Source: Malacoraja senta (Eukaryota). Taken from it: DNA of 64,000 bases. The position numbers were made by a program, and so were the translations under genes. Positions 36,733-51,388 of the stretch are shown piece after piece. The DNA lies in NCBI GenBank assembly GCA_038087875.1, contig CM075994.1, forward strand, positions 9,736,001 to 9,800,000, read 5' to 3'. Position 1 is the first letter of the stretch; each line of letters starts with the position of its first letter. The notes below the pieces were generated by a model. That model made no database searches. It saw nothing but the letters and a program-made list of their open reading frames with translations, and had not been told where the DNA came from.

Positions 36733-39026
36733 CTGCCAATGTGCCAAAGGCCTTTTTGACCACCTTGTCTACCTGCGACTCAACCTTTGTGGAACCACGC
36801 ACCTGTACTCCTAGATCCCTCCGCTCTACAACACTACCCAGAGGTCTACCATTCACTGTGTAGGTCCTGCCCTTGTTCGATGTTCCAAAATGCAACACCT
36901 CACACTTCTCTGTATTAAATTCCATCAACCATTCCTCCGCCCACCTGGCCAATCGATCCAGGTCCTGCTGCAATCATTCACAACCATCTTCACTCTCTGC
37001 AAAACCACTCACTTTTGTATCATCAGCAAACTTGCTAATCTTGCCCTGTATGTTCTCATCCAAATCATTGATGTAGATGACAAATAGTAACGGGCCCAGC
37101 ACCGAACCCTGAGGCACGCCACTAGTCATAGGCCTCCAGTCCGAGAACATAGAAACATAGAAAATAGGTGCAGGAGGAGGCCATTCGGCCCTACGAGCCA
37201 GCACCTCCATTCATTGTGATCATGGCTGATCGTCCCCAATCAATAACCCGTGCCTGCCTTCTCCCCATATCCCTTGATTCCACTAGCCCCTAGAGCTCTA
37301 TCTAACTCTCTCTTAAATCCATCCAGTGATTTGGCCTCCACTGCCCTCTGTGCAACCTTCCTGGTTGAGGCAGGGACTATCCCGACGTTTAAGAAAGGGT
37401 TAGACAGGTACATGGATAGGATCAACTAACTTTTGTATATATATCCGTTATATACAACTTTGCATTCATACACTCACACCAAATGTGTGTCTATCAATGC
37501 AAAATTGTCCTTAGTGTGTGTGTGTGTAGGATAGTGTTCGTGTATGGGGATCGCTGGTTAGCACGGACTCGGTGGGCCGAAGGGGCTGTTTCCGCGCTGA
37601 ATCTCAGAACTAATATAAAATTATAAAAGGACTGGACAAGCTAGATGCAGGAAAAATATTCCCAATGTTGGGCGAGTCCAGAACCAGGGGCCACACAGTC
37701 TAGGAATAAAGGGGAGGCCATTTAAGACTGAGGTGAGGAAAAAACGTTTTCACCCAGAGAGTTGTGAATTTGTGGAATTCCCTGCCACAGAGGGCAGTGG
37801 AGGCCAAATCACTGGATGGATTTAAGAGAGTTAGATGGAGCTCTAGGGGCTAGTGGAATCAAGGGATATGGGGAGAAGGCAGGAACGGGGTACTGATTGG
37901 GGACGATCAGCCATGATCACATTGAATGGCGGTGCTGGCTCGAAGGGCCGAATGGCCTAATCCTGCACCCATTGTCTATTGTCTATTGATGCAAAATTGT
38001 CCCTAGTGTGCATGTGTAGGATAGTGTTCGTGTGCGGGGATCACCGGTTAGCACCGACTCTGTGGGCCGAAGGGGTTGTTTCCGCGCTGTATCTCCGAAC
38101 TAGCCTCGACTCGCCTCTGACTGCTGAAGGTCAGAGGGCCAAAAGCCTTTCAATCAGGGTTGACGCCGCCAGCTCGAGCGAGCTGGGTGCGGAAGGTACA
38201 AAGGTCTCTCCAGCCACCGTCGGCTCAAACTTTGAACACAAGGTGATATCGGCAGCGGGCGTGTCGGCGAGACTTTGAACGAACGTCTGAAAAGGCCTCG
38301 CCCAGAGAATGCCCTGCCTTCCACCTTGTGAATAAACAACCCAGCCCTTCTTTTAACCCCGGCAATCAAAACATGTCAACGCACCACCCTACCCGAGATA
38401 ACCTGGATGCCAACGAAAGGAGTGCCGTAAAAAACAGCCACGTCAGAAATTCATACATGTTATTAATATTCGTTGTACGTATTCTTAATCATAAGGCAGA
38501 CACGAAACGCTAGAGTAACTCAGCGGGACAGGCAGCAAAAGACGTCCTTTCAAGAGAGAGCTAGATAGGGCTCTTAAAGATAGCGGAGTCAGGGGATATG
38601 GGGAGAAGGCAGGAACGGGGTACTGATTGGGGATGATCAGCCATGATCACATTGAATGGTGGTGCTGGCTCGAAGGGGCCGAATGGCCTACTCCTGCACC
38701 TATTGTCTATTGTCTATTGACTTTTCCGTTGCACTAAACTTCATTCCCTTTATCATGTATCATTTACACTGTGGACAGCTCGATGTATATTGGCTTTGCG
38801 CTGACTGGATAGCACACAACTAAAAAGCTTTTCACTGTACCTCGGTACCCGTGACAATAGACAAAACTAACGGTGACGCAGCGGTAGAGTTGCTGCCTTA
38901 CAGCGAATGCAGCGCCTGAGACCCGGGTTCGATCCCGACTACGGGTGCTGTCTGTACGGAGTTTGCACGTTCTCCCCGTGACCCGCCTGGGTTTCCTCCG
39001 AGATCTTCGGTTTCTTCCCACACTCA

Positions 39027-39705
39027 ATGGACAATAGACAGTAGGTGCAGGAGTAGGCCATTCGGCCCCTTCGAGCCAGCACCGCCATTCAATGTGATCA
39101 TGGCTGATCATCCCCAATCAGTACCCCGTTCCTGCCTTCTCCCCATATCCCCTGACTCCGCTATCTTTAAGAGCCCTATCTAGCTCTCTCTTGAAAGTAT
39201 CCAGAGAACCGGACTCCACCGCCCTCTGAGCCAGAGAATTCCACAGACTCACAACTCTCTGTGTGAAAAAGTGTTTCCTCATCTCCGTTCTAAATGGCTT
39301 ACCCCTTATTCTTAAACTGTGTGGCCCCTGGTTCTGGACTCCCCCAGCATCGGGAACATGTTTCCTGCCTCTAGCGTGTCCAAACCCTTAACAATCTTAT
39401 ATGTTTCAATAAGATACCCTCTCATCCTTCTAAACTCCAGAGTGTACAAGCCCAGCCGCTCCATTCTCTCAGCATATGACAGTCCTGCCATCCCGGGAAT
39501 TAATCTCGTAAACCTACGCTGCACTCCCTCAATAGCATGAATGTCCATCCTCAAATTAGGGGACCAAAACTGCACACAATACTCCAGGTGTGGTCTCACT
39601 ATGGCCCTGTACAACTGCAGAAGGACCTCTGTGCTCCTATACTCGAGTCCTCTTGTTATGAAGGGCAACATGCCATTTGCTTTCTTCACTGCCTGCTGTA
39701 CCTGC
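39027..39705 (-). mobile_element. CR1/HER1 LINE 3' fragment
   Basis: ORF 39312-39689 (CR1 RT C-terminus) plus tail. Confidence 0.88.
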
Positions 39706-40101
39706 TAATTGGCTTGGTGTATGTGTAAAACAGTCCCATGCGTGTGTAGGCTAGTGTTATTGTGCGGGGATCGCTGGTCGGCGCGGACTCGATGGGCCGA
39801 AGGGCCTGTTTCCACGCTGTATCTCTAAACTAAACTACAAAAAATCAGTTGGAAGGCGGATCCACCCGCCTTGCTCGCAGGTCAAAGATCGCCAGAGAAG
39901 ATTGGTGACTGCCTTGGAAACGCTAGCAGCCAGCAGGTAGCAATCTGATCCGAGTCACCTGGCAATGACTAAACATTGAATAAACAAACACGCTACACTC
40001 GCTAACGCCTCCCAAGTATACGGACAACAGCCAGCCCTTCACATCTACACTGGCTCACAGACAAATCCCAATCCACAACCCTTTTATCACTAGCCCACCA
40101 T

Positions 40102-40697
<596 letters not shown>

Positions 40698-42330
40698 TCA
40701 AATCAAATCAAATCAAAATCAACATCTTTATTTGCCATTTGTGCTTACATACATAGGAACTCTTGTGCGGTTGTTCAGAGAGTCAAGTCAAGTCAAGTTA
40801 AAAAGACACACAGAAAGACACATAATCTATAAACTATAAACACATATACTATGATATGTTATGAGGTGGGTCAGGACATCAGTTCATTTTGTTTTGGCCA
40901 AGAGTCCCACTGTGGCAGGGAAGAAGCTCTTGAAAAAAGCGTGTTCTGTTTGTGACGATGCTGTCCGCTCGTCTGTGCCTGAGGTTGTATGGGCAGTTTT
41001 TGTGTTTGAGCAGGGAGTGAGCTGGATGTAGTGTGTCTCTGATGATTCTCTCTTCTCTTTTTAGACAGCGCTGTGTGTAGATTGTTTCCATGGAGGGAAG
41101 TTCCATTCTGATAATCCTCTCTGCAGTCTTTATGACTCTTTGCAGAGCCTTCCTCTCTGTCTGTGTGGTATTTCCATACCACACCGTAATGCCTGTGGTG
41201 AGGATGCTCTCTATCAGTCCTTTGTAGACCTGTGTGAGAGGGCGACAGTGCAGACCAGCTTTTCTGAGCAGCCTGATGAAGTACAGTCTCTGCTGGGCTT
41301 TTTTCACTGTTGCGGCAGTGTTCAAAGTCCAGTTCAGATCTGATGTTACTTGTAATCCCAGGTATCTGTAACTGTCAGCCCTCTCCACCACAGTCCCCTT
41401 GATGATGAGGGGCTGCAGGGGGGGTGGATTTTTTCTGAGGTCCATTATTATTTCTCTTGTCTTGTCTGTGTTGAGGCTTAGGTCGTTCACCTCACCATAG
41501 GCAAGAATGTCATTCACCAGATTCCTGTAGCCCGACTCGTCCCCCCCCCCGCCTTGATGAGGCCCAGGATGGTGGTGTCATCCGCATACTTAATAATGAT
41601 GGTATTTTCCTGGGTGGAGACACAGTCGTGTGTGTACTGGGTCAAAAGTTTGGGACTGAGACAGCAGCCTTGTGGTGATCCTGTGCTGACAGTGAGCTCT
41701 GCAGACACCCTCCTTCCCATCCTCACCACCTGTGGTCTTTCAGTCAGGAAATCCAAGATCCAGTTGCAGGTGGGAGTCGGGACGCCGAGGTCTGTCAGCT
41801 TCTCAATCAGCCTGCCCGGCCGAATGGTATTAAAAGCCGAACTGTAATCCAGGAACAGCGTTCTGACGTATGTTCCTCTGCTGTCCAGGTGTTGCAGGAT
41901 GTGGTGTAGAGCAATGGCCACTGCGTCGTCCACTGAGCGGTTGGGGCGGTAGGCGAACTGGAGGGGGTCGATCATGCCCGGGACCATGTGATTGATATGT
42001 GTGAGAACCAGTTTTTCTAAACACTTCATGGCAACTGGCGTGAGTGCCACTGGCCTGAAGTCATTCAGGGTGGATGGATTTGGTTTTATTGGAACTGGTA
42101 CGATGGTGGAAATTTTAAAAATACGGGGGACCACTGCTTGGTTTAAAGACAGATTGAAGATGTTTACATACACTCCAGTGAGTTGTTCTGCACAGGCCTT
42201 CAGAACTTTAGGAGGGACGCCATCTGGTCCCACAGCCTTGTGGGGGTTCACCTGCCTCAGAGCTTTCAGGACCTGTATGGGTGTCACCTGAAAAACAGTG
42301 TCCGTGGGGTTGCAGGGGGCTTTTGAGGGG

Positions 42331-42331
<1 letters not shown>
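40698..42331 (-). mobile_element. Rex1/Babar-clade LINE, 5'-truncated, copy 1 (frameshifted)
   Basis: RT motifs [49 protein letters not shown]; (TTTGA)n tail. Confidence 0.9.
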
Positions 42332-42425
<94 letters not shown>

Positions 42426-42475
42426 CGTGTGTGTGTATGTATGTATGTGTGTGTGAGTATGTGTGTGTGTGTATG

Positions 42476-44336
42476 TCAAATCAAATCAAATCAAAATCAA
42501 AAACTTTATTTGCCATTTGTGCTTATATACATAGGAACTCTTGTGCGGTTGTTCAGAGAGTCAAGTCAAGTCAAGTTAAAAAGACACACAGAAAGACACA
42601 TAATCTATAAACTATAAACACATATACTATGATATGTTATGAGGTGGGTCAGGACATCAGTTCATTTTGTTTTGGCCAAGAGTCTCACTGTGGCAGGGAA
42701 GAAGCTCTTGCAAAAGCGTGTTCTGTTTGTGGCGATGCTGTCCGCTCGTCTGTGCCTGAGGTTGTATGTACAGTTTTTGTGTTTGAGCAGGGAGTGAGCT
42801 GGATGTAGTGTGTCTCTGATGATTCTCTCTGCTCTTTTTTGACAGCGCTGTGTGTAGATTGTTTCCATGGAGGGAAGTTCCGTTCTGATAATCCTCTCTG
42901 CAGTCTTTATGACTCTTTGCAGAGCCTTCCTCTCTGTCTGTGTGGTGTTTCCATACCACACCGTAATGCCTGTGGTGAGGATGCTCTCTATCAGTCCTTT
43001 GTAGACCTGGGTGAGAGGGCGACAGTGCAGACCAGCTTTTCTGAGCAGCCTGATGAAGTATAGTCTCTGCTGGGCTTTTTTCACTGTTGCGGCAGTGTTC
43101 AAAGTCCAGTTCAGATCTGATGTTACTTGTAATCCCAGGTATCTGTAACTGTCAGCCCTCCCCACCACAGTCCCCTTGATGATGAGGGGCTGCAGGGCGG
43201 GTGGATTTTTTCTGAAGTCCATTATTATTTCTCTTGTCTTGTCTGTGTTGAGGCTTAGGTCGTTCACCTCACCATAGGCAAGAATGTCATTCACCAGATT
43301 CCTGTAGCCCGACTCGTCCCCCCCCCCCCCCTTGATGAGGCCCAGGATGGTGGTGTCATCCGCATACTTAATAATGATGGTATTTTCCTGGGTGGAGACA
43401 CAGTCGTGTGTGTACAGGGTGAAAAGTTTGGGACTGAGACAGCAGCCTTGTGGTGATCCTGTGCTGACAGTGAGCTCTGCAGACACACTCCTTCCCATCC
43501 TCACCACCTGTGGTCTTTCAGTCAGGAAATCCAAGATCCAGTTGCAGGTGGGAGTCGGGACGCCGAGGTCTGTCAGCTTCTCAATCAGCCTGCCCGGGCG
43601 AATGGTATTAAAAGCCGAACTGTAATCCAGGAACAGCGTTCTGACGTATGTTCCTCTGCTGTCCAGGTGTTGCAGGATGTGGTGTAGAGCAATGGCCACT
43701 GCGTCGTCCACTGAGCGGTTGGGGCGGTAGGCGAACTGGAGGGGGTCGATCGTGCCCGGGACCATGTGATTGATAGGTACACAAAAATGCTGGAGAAACT
43801 CAGCGGGTGCAGCAGCATCTATGGAGCGAAGGAAATAGGTAACGTATCGGGCCGAAACCCTCCAGAAGGGTTTCGGCCCGAAACGTTACCTATTTCCTTC
43901 GCTCCATAGATGCTGCTGCACCCGCTGAGTTTCTCCAGCATTTTTGTGTACCTTCGATTTTCCAGCATCTGCAGTTCCTTCTTTAACACCATGTGATTGA
44001 TATGTGTGAGAACCAGTTTTTCTAAACACTTCATGGCAACTGGCGTGAGTGCCACTGGCCTGAAGTCATTCAGGGTGGATGGATTTGGTTTTATTGGAAC
44101 TGGTACGATGGTGGAAAATTTAAAAATACGGGGGACCACTGCTTGGTTTAAAGACAGATTGAAGATGTCTACATACACTCCAGTGAATTGTTCTGCACAG
44201 GCCTTCAGAACTTTAGGAGGGACGCCATCTGGTCCCAGAGCCTTGTGGGGGTTCACCTGCCTCAGAGCTTTCAGGACCTGTATGGGTGTCACCTCAAAAA
44301 CAGTGTCCGTGGGGTTGCAGGGGGCTTTTCAGGGGG
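42476..44336 (-). mobile_element. Rex1/Babar-clade LINE, copy 2 (interrupted at 43776-43987)
   Basis: ORFs 42662-43765 and 43988-44292; near-identical to copy 1 with the same ends. Confidence 0.9.
43776..43987. mobile_element. Short Penelope-derived insertion with inverted pseudo-LTRs
   Basis: About 85-bp inverted arms (43776-43860 / 43868-43952); 15-bp TSD ACCATGTGATTGATA. Confidence 0.85.
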
Positions 44337-45225
44337 TGTATGTGTGTGTGTGTGTATGTGTGTGTATGTGTGTGTGTGTGTGTGTGTGTATGTGTGTGTA
44401 TGTGTGTGTATGTGTGCGTGTGTGTATGTCTGTGTATGTGTGCGTGTGTGTGTGTGTGTGTGTGCCTGTGTGTGTGTGCGTGTGCGTGTGCGTGTGTGTG
44501 TGTGTGTGTATGTGTATGTGTGTGTGCCTGTGTGTGCGTGTGCGTGTGTGTGTGCGTGTGTGTGTATGTGCGTGTGTGTGTACATGTGCGTAGTGTATGT
44601 ATGTGTGTGTACATGCGTGTGTAGTGTATGTATGTGTGTGTACATGCGTGTGCAGTGTGTGTGTATGTGTGCTTGTGTGTGTATATATTTATGTGTACAT
44701 GCATGTGCAGTGTGTGTGTGTATTTGTGTGCGTGGTTGTGTGTGTATATGTGTGTGTATACATGTGTGTGTACACACATGTATATACCACACACATACAT
44801 ACACTACACACGCATGTACACATAAACATACATGTATACACACATACACCACACACGCATGTACACACACTTTATACACAAACACATACATACACTATAC
44901 ACACACACATGATGCACACATGTACACACACATACAGACATGACACACACATGTACACACAAATACACACTACACACGCATGTACACACACATATACACA
45001 CTACACGCATGTATACACACACTACACACACACACATACACACACGCACACCACACACACACACACATACACACACTACACACACACACACTACACACGC
45101 ATGTACACACACATATACACACTACACACATACACACACTACACACATACACACACACATGTATACACACACTACACGCACACACACAAACACACACATA
45201 CAAACACACGTACACACACATACAC
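44337..45225. repeat. TG-rich / CA-rich inverted low-complexity block
   Basis: Strand asymmetry flips at about 44770. Confidence 0.9.
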
Positions 45226-45851
45226 CCACTGTGACGACACCCTGTAATCCACGCATCGTGTTGGTTAAGGTTCAGGGTCGACATTTCCCGCATCGCACAG
45301 ACAGAAACAAGTGTCGGAGGAGAATTGTTTATGGTGGGTTGCCCTTTGTCTCCTGGCAACCAATATTTTTAGACAGAGCTCGAAATTAGCGGTTGCCCGG
45401 GTGCCACTGAACACTCAAAGCGCCGCCGGGCAACCTAAACACGAGTAATTTTGCCCGGCTTGGCAACCAGATACTGGTTTGTACCGAAGATAGATACAAA
45501 AAACTGGAGTAACTCCGTGGGTCAGGCAGCATCTCTGGAGAAAAGGAACGTGAAGTTTCGTTTCGGCGGCGGCTGTGCGGGGCAAAGATACTAGATGCGG
45601 CGTGAGGAAGGGTCGGAGAGAATGACGGGCCCCGAACAGCGGCAGCAGCAGACCCGAACAGCGGCAGCAGCGGCCCCGAACAGCAGCTCCACCGCCTCCT
45701 CCTCCCGCCCGCCCTGATAAGGGCATCTGCTTGTGAATCCGCTAACGGCGCTTTCAAAACAAACCCTCCCGCACTCTGAGGCCGGGAGGAAGGAGGGAGG
45801 GGGAGGCCTCGGCGTGCAGGAGGGTTTGTTTTGAAAGCGCCGTAAGCGGAT

Positions 45852-46440
45852 TTACGGTAGACTGCTCCCTCATAGTCCACAAGGTAAGACCGTGGCTCGT
45901 CAGCTGGGCCGACAACAGTACCCAGACGGGAATGTCCCATGGAAGTTTGTAACCGAACAACCTGGCCCGGCAGTAGAGGCACGAGTGGTTTGCTTGATTT
46001 GTCATGCGATCGTTTCTGAATATCGTGTTTCTCCTGAACACGCTGTTGGATTGAAGCAGGGTTCAGCACCTGCGGTATCAGCTTCTGCTGAGCAATCGGA
46101 ATTGGAGGTCTTGTTGTCCTGGACATCAGTCGCTGGGCTGGTGAACCCAGGGTCCCGTCTCTGGCAATGTTTCTGAGATTCAGGAGATCAAGGTACACAT
46201 CTGAATTGGCCAGGCGCGATCGTTCCATGCGTTGTTTAGCGCTTCTGGCAGCCGGTTCGGCGAGTCCGTTACTCTGTGGGTACTCAGGGCTGCTCGGGAC
46301 GTGGTGGAAATTCCATCGGTTGGCAAAGAGCTTGAACTCGTGGCTGGTAAACTGTCTTCCGTTGTCGGTCTGCAAACGGACGGGTGAGCCGAATGCGGAG
46401 AAGTGTTTCTTTAGTTTTCGGATGACCATCTCAGATGTGA
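45852..46440 (-). mobile_element. Ty3/Gypsy integrase fragment
   Basis: FGSP..LQTDNGRQFTS...SSPEYPQSNGLAE...SPAQRLMSR...PRSYLV (second catalytic D and E region plus C-terminal domain). Confidence 0.92.
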
Positions 46441-46662
46441 TGTAGATTGTTTTATGCCTGATAACCAATCATATATAGGTTAGCATCACTAACCCCGACT
46501 TACTGTATCATTTATATTAACATCCACTTCCTATGCTTCCTATTCCTATAGTTCGGGTAGCAGTCAGGATGCAGTAACAACTAACATGCTACTGTGCTGT
46601 TAAGTCTGTATGTGGATTAAAGATGACCTTAGATTACATGCCGTGTATATGTCTTATTTACA
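46441..46662 (+). mobile_element. Gypsy LTR followed by a partial PBS (TGGTGTCA)
   Basis: TGTA...TACA termini; inverted homologue at 48354-48560. Confidence 0.88.
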
Positions 46663-46742
46663 TGGTGTCAAGTTTGGGTTAACCCACTCCTCCTGTATAT
46701 CGGTTTTTATTTTCTTTTGCGATTTTTATTGTACATTTCGCG

Positions 46743-48335
46743 ATGGCTTCCTCCTGCCGAAAGCCTGCACAGCTTATCTTTGATTCGGACATCGGCGAGC
46801 GCTGGGCTACTTTTGAAATGGATTACCGGCACTACATGAACATTGTGCATCGTAATGAACCAGACGCTGTCAAAGCCTCCCTTCTACTTAACCTCGCTGG
46901 TCCGGATGCTATGAAACGAGCCAGGACATTCCGATGTGCCCACAGCAATCCTTGGCGCCAACAATCAGGTAGTTACACCAGAAGAATCTGCTGACGACCT
47001 TAATGTCTTGTTACGTAAATTTAGTGAGATTTGTGACCTGCCCTCCAATCACATTTTGGAAAGATCAAGATTCTTTACCCGGAGACAATTGCCAGATGAA
47101 CCTGTCGAAAGCTTTATCTCAGATTTAAAATATATGGCCCAGAGGTGCCATTTTGAAAATATAACTGACCAGCTAACAAGAGACATTCTAGTAACAGGGA
47201 TGAATGGTCAAAAGCTGAGATCTGAGCTTCTGCGCAAGCCTGATTTAACCTTAGACGTGGCCGCGCATGCTTGTCGTATGGCAGAAATTATTGACCCATT
47301 AAACAGTCAGCACGGGGCAGATACCAAAACCATTAATCCGACTGGATTTAATAGACCGCGAGAACAGACAGAAAACACAAGATTTATGACCCAGGTCAAC
47401 CCGGCATCTAATAGTGAGCCTCCCAAAAGATGCCCCAATTGTAATTATCTACATAACAGGCAATCACCATGTCCTGCTTATGGAAAGGCCTGTAACTATT
47501 GTAAGAAAACGAACCATTTCGCTGCTGCCTGTCGTGCTCGTGGGAAGAAGCCCTTCAGTCCCAGACCTAATGTAAACATGTTGTTGCAAGACGAAAACAA
47601 CTCCAACTCCCAATTCAATTTCGACACTGCCCCCGACACGTCCAATTAATTCGCAAGGAGAGTCAAACGTGTATTCACTCCTACATGCAGCTGGCAAGAT
47701 TCCCGACCCTACAGTTTTGATAACTGTCAACAACTTCAACTTCCAGGCTAAATTAGACACAGGTGCCAAGGTCAATGTAATGTCTATCAATCTCTACAAC
47801 AAGATAAGAAATAACGAGCTCCTGATTGCGGACAGTTGCATGCATACGGGGGGAGGAGTGCTGGTACCACTGGGAAGAGCCACTTTTAAATGTGTGCTGA
47901 AAAAAACCACAAGGGATTTGACCTTCTACGTCTTGAACTCTAACTCTGTGACTCTATTGGGCAACTATGCATGCCAAGTTTTTGGACTGATTTCCTTCGA
48001 CAAAACCGTCCACAAGCTGCTGATATCAATGGACCCAAAAAATGAATACCCTGATCTGTTCGATGACAAACTAGGCAAGCTGCCTGTGACCTACAAGATA
48101 TCCACCGACCCTAACATGCTACCTGTCATTCGTGCACCACACCGTGTGTCACATGCCATGAAGGACAGGGTTGAATCCATGTTAAAAAACATGGTCTCCA
48201 TGGGCGTGCTGGAAGCAGTCAGTGAGCCCACCGATTGGGTGTCCACCATGGATGCTACTCTCAAGAAGGATAAAAATGAAATCCGTGTGTGCATCAATCC
48301 AAAAGACTTGAACTATGCCATTAGGCGCCCCCACT
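46743..48335 (+). mobile_element. Gypsy gag-protease-RT start (degenerate, frameshifted)
   Basis: Gag ERSRFFTRRQ...; CCHC knuckle CNYCKKTNHFAAAC; protease LDTGA; RT start IRVCINPKDLNYAIRRPHYP. Confidence 0.92.
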
Positions 48336-48560
48336 ATCCCACTTCTGACACCATGTAAATAAGACATATACACGGCATGTAATCTAAGGTCATCCTTAAT
48401 CCACATACAGACTTAACAGCACAGTAGCATTTTACTTCATCCTGACTGCTACCCGAACTGCGTAGCACAGGAAGTGGGTGTTAATATAAATGATACAGTA
48501 AGGCGGGGTTAGTGATGCTAACCTATATATGATTGTTTATCATGCATAAACCAATCTACG
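48336..48560 (-). mobile_element. Inverted Gypsy LTR plus 18-nt tRNA-Leu PBS
   Basis: Minus strand reads LTR (48560->48354) then TGGTGTCAGAAGTGGGAT (48353->48336). Confidence 0.88.
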
Positions 48561-49185
48561 AGGCATCGCAGGGAGATTGGGCGGGGGGGGGGAGAAACGG
48601 GAAGGAGGGAAGTGGCGGGGGGAGAGAAAGGGAGAGAGAGGGGGAAGAGAGAGAGGGGAGACGGAGAGAGAGGGAAGAGAGAGATGGGAGAGAGAGGCGT
48701 TTTCATTTTGCATGTAAAAACCCACTTGAGAACCATGGGCGATTTTATAATTTTACAGCCAGATTTCTCACTTCTGAAACTTTTAGATGCCAAAGGAATA
48801 AAGAAAAAACAGAAATAATGCGTTACTGTTGATGAAATGCAGTGAGCAAATGTGATAATTCCCAATATTTTCAATCTCGATATCTGCACGGCCAATGTTC
48901 GCCAAGCACTTTGCCTGTTGTCCCTTCAGCTCTCGCTTCCATCTACCGTCATTTCTCCTCACTTTCGGATTTCTGAAGTAGGATCAATGTCTTTCACGCT
49001 TATCCCGATTTCCATAATTATTTACAGCGCAAAAATTGACCATTTCGGCGGGTTTTAATGGGCCCGCTACGCTGGAAACAATGTTCAGTGCTTACCTGCA
49101 GTTCATCGCGTGTACTCCAGTTGGCGTAGCGTAGCAACAGTACAGGTCATGGGTCGTGACCCGACTGCCGTGCAACCTCCCTATA

Positions 49186-50098
<913 letters not shown>

Positions 50099-50574
50099 GG
50101 TGGAGGGTGTGTATGTGATCAACAAATAACAAATATTACAAATAATATAATTGTTCGTAGTTCCGAGCGTATTTGTTGTTTAATACCCTAATGGCTATCA
50201 GGAAGAAGCTGTTCCTCAATGTGGATGTTACAGTTTTCAGTTGACAAAAGTCGGACGTGATTCCAGAAGTCGGGCATAATCAGACAGTCCACAAGCCGTG
50301 ATCCAGTCGTCAGTCCAGAGGACATGAGTGAGTCAGTCAGTCCAGAGACCATGAGTTAGTCCCAAGAGTCATTCACATTTTAAACTTTAATAAATCATTT
50401 TTCCACTTTTCATGCCTGCGTGTTCTTCATCACAATGGGAATCTAATGGCAGCAATGGATGCTCTGTGGGAGAGCCACTAAGAGTGCATGGGGGGAGGGT
50501 GTGCGGAGATAGACTGAATGCGTGGGGGTGAGAGGAATGGCAAGGAGCAGAATGGGGGGGGTGAAGGGAGCAGG

Positions 50575-50780
50575 GGTGACTGAGTGAACTACCAGCGTAC
50601 CAGCCGCGAGTGACTGAACTGCCAGCCCAACAGCCGTGAGTGACTGCACTGCCAGCCCACGAGCCGCGAGTAAGTGAACTGCCAGCCCACCAGCTGCAAG
50701 TGACTGAACTGCCAGCCCACCAGCCGTGAGTGACTGCACTGCCAGCCCACCAGCCGTGAGGTACTGCACTGCCAGCCCAA
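50575..50780. repeat. 30-bp minisatellite (GAGTGACTGAACTGCCAGCCCACCAGCCGT), about 7 copies
   Basis: Direct tandem repeats. Confidence 0.9.
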
Positions 50781-51388
50781 TAATCCATTCAGTCCACCCT
50801 AGCCCCCTTCTCTCTCACAGAGTCTGTCACCTGTTTTGGGCAGAATTTCTGGCAGTTTCTCCGCTGCCAGCCTGCCAGGCCTGAGTGACTGTACTGCCAG
50901 GCCTCAGTGACTGCGCTGCCTGCCCTCTGTGACTGAGCTGCCAGCCCAAGAATCCATTCGGCCCACAATATCCATACTAGCCCTCTGGAAACCAGTACCT
51001 GCGGCCCACAACACCCATAGTAGCGTAACAGCAAGCCCCCCCCCCCACTGGCCAGCAATATATGAATTGGTAGAGAGGTGGAATATTGCGTTGGGTGACC
51101 AGCCCTCCCGTGTGATGCTGGGACCCAACGGGTCCCAATTAGTCTTGTTAGAGATATTTTTCACAGTTACCAAGCCTTGGAGTGTGGGAGGAAACCGAAG
51201 ATTTCCGAGAACATGCAAACTCCGTACAGACAGCACCCGTAGTCAGGATCGAACCCGGGTCTCCGGCGCTGCATTCGCTGTAAGGCAGCAACTCTACCGC
51301 TGCGCCACCGTGACGGCCACGTGATCGCCCATATTCAGCAGCTTCACGTTAGTGAAAATACTTTGAACCAGGAAGTGGCGGATTTTAA

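Noticed and set aside
38115..38286. Possible missing FAM102 exon 1 ending ...TFSSQR at a GC donor (AG|GCGAGT)
   Set aside because: In-frame TGA 12 codons upstream and no similarity to the FAM102 N-terminus; at most a non-coding exon
48561..49183. Possible hAT-type transposon end (...GCAACCTCCCTA)
   Set aside because: No matching opposite TIR or TSD could be identified in the window
50575..50780. Regular 30-bp repeats resembling a CRISPR array
   Set aside because: Head-to-tail units without unique spacers, in vertebrate DNA with no cas genes
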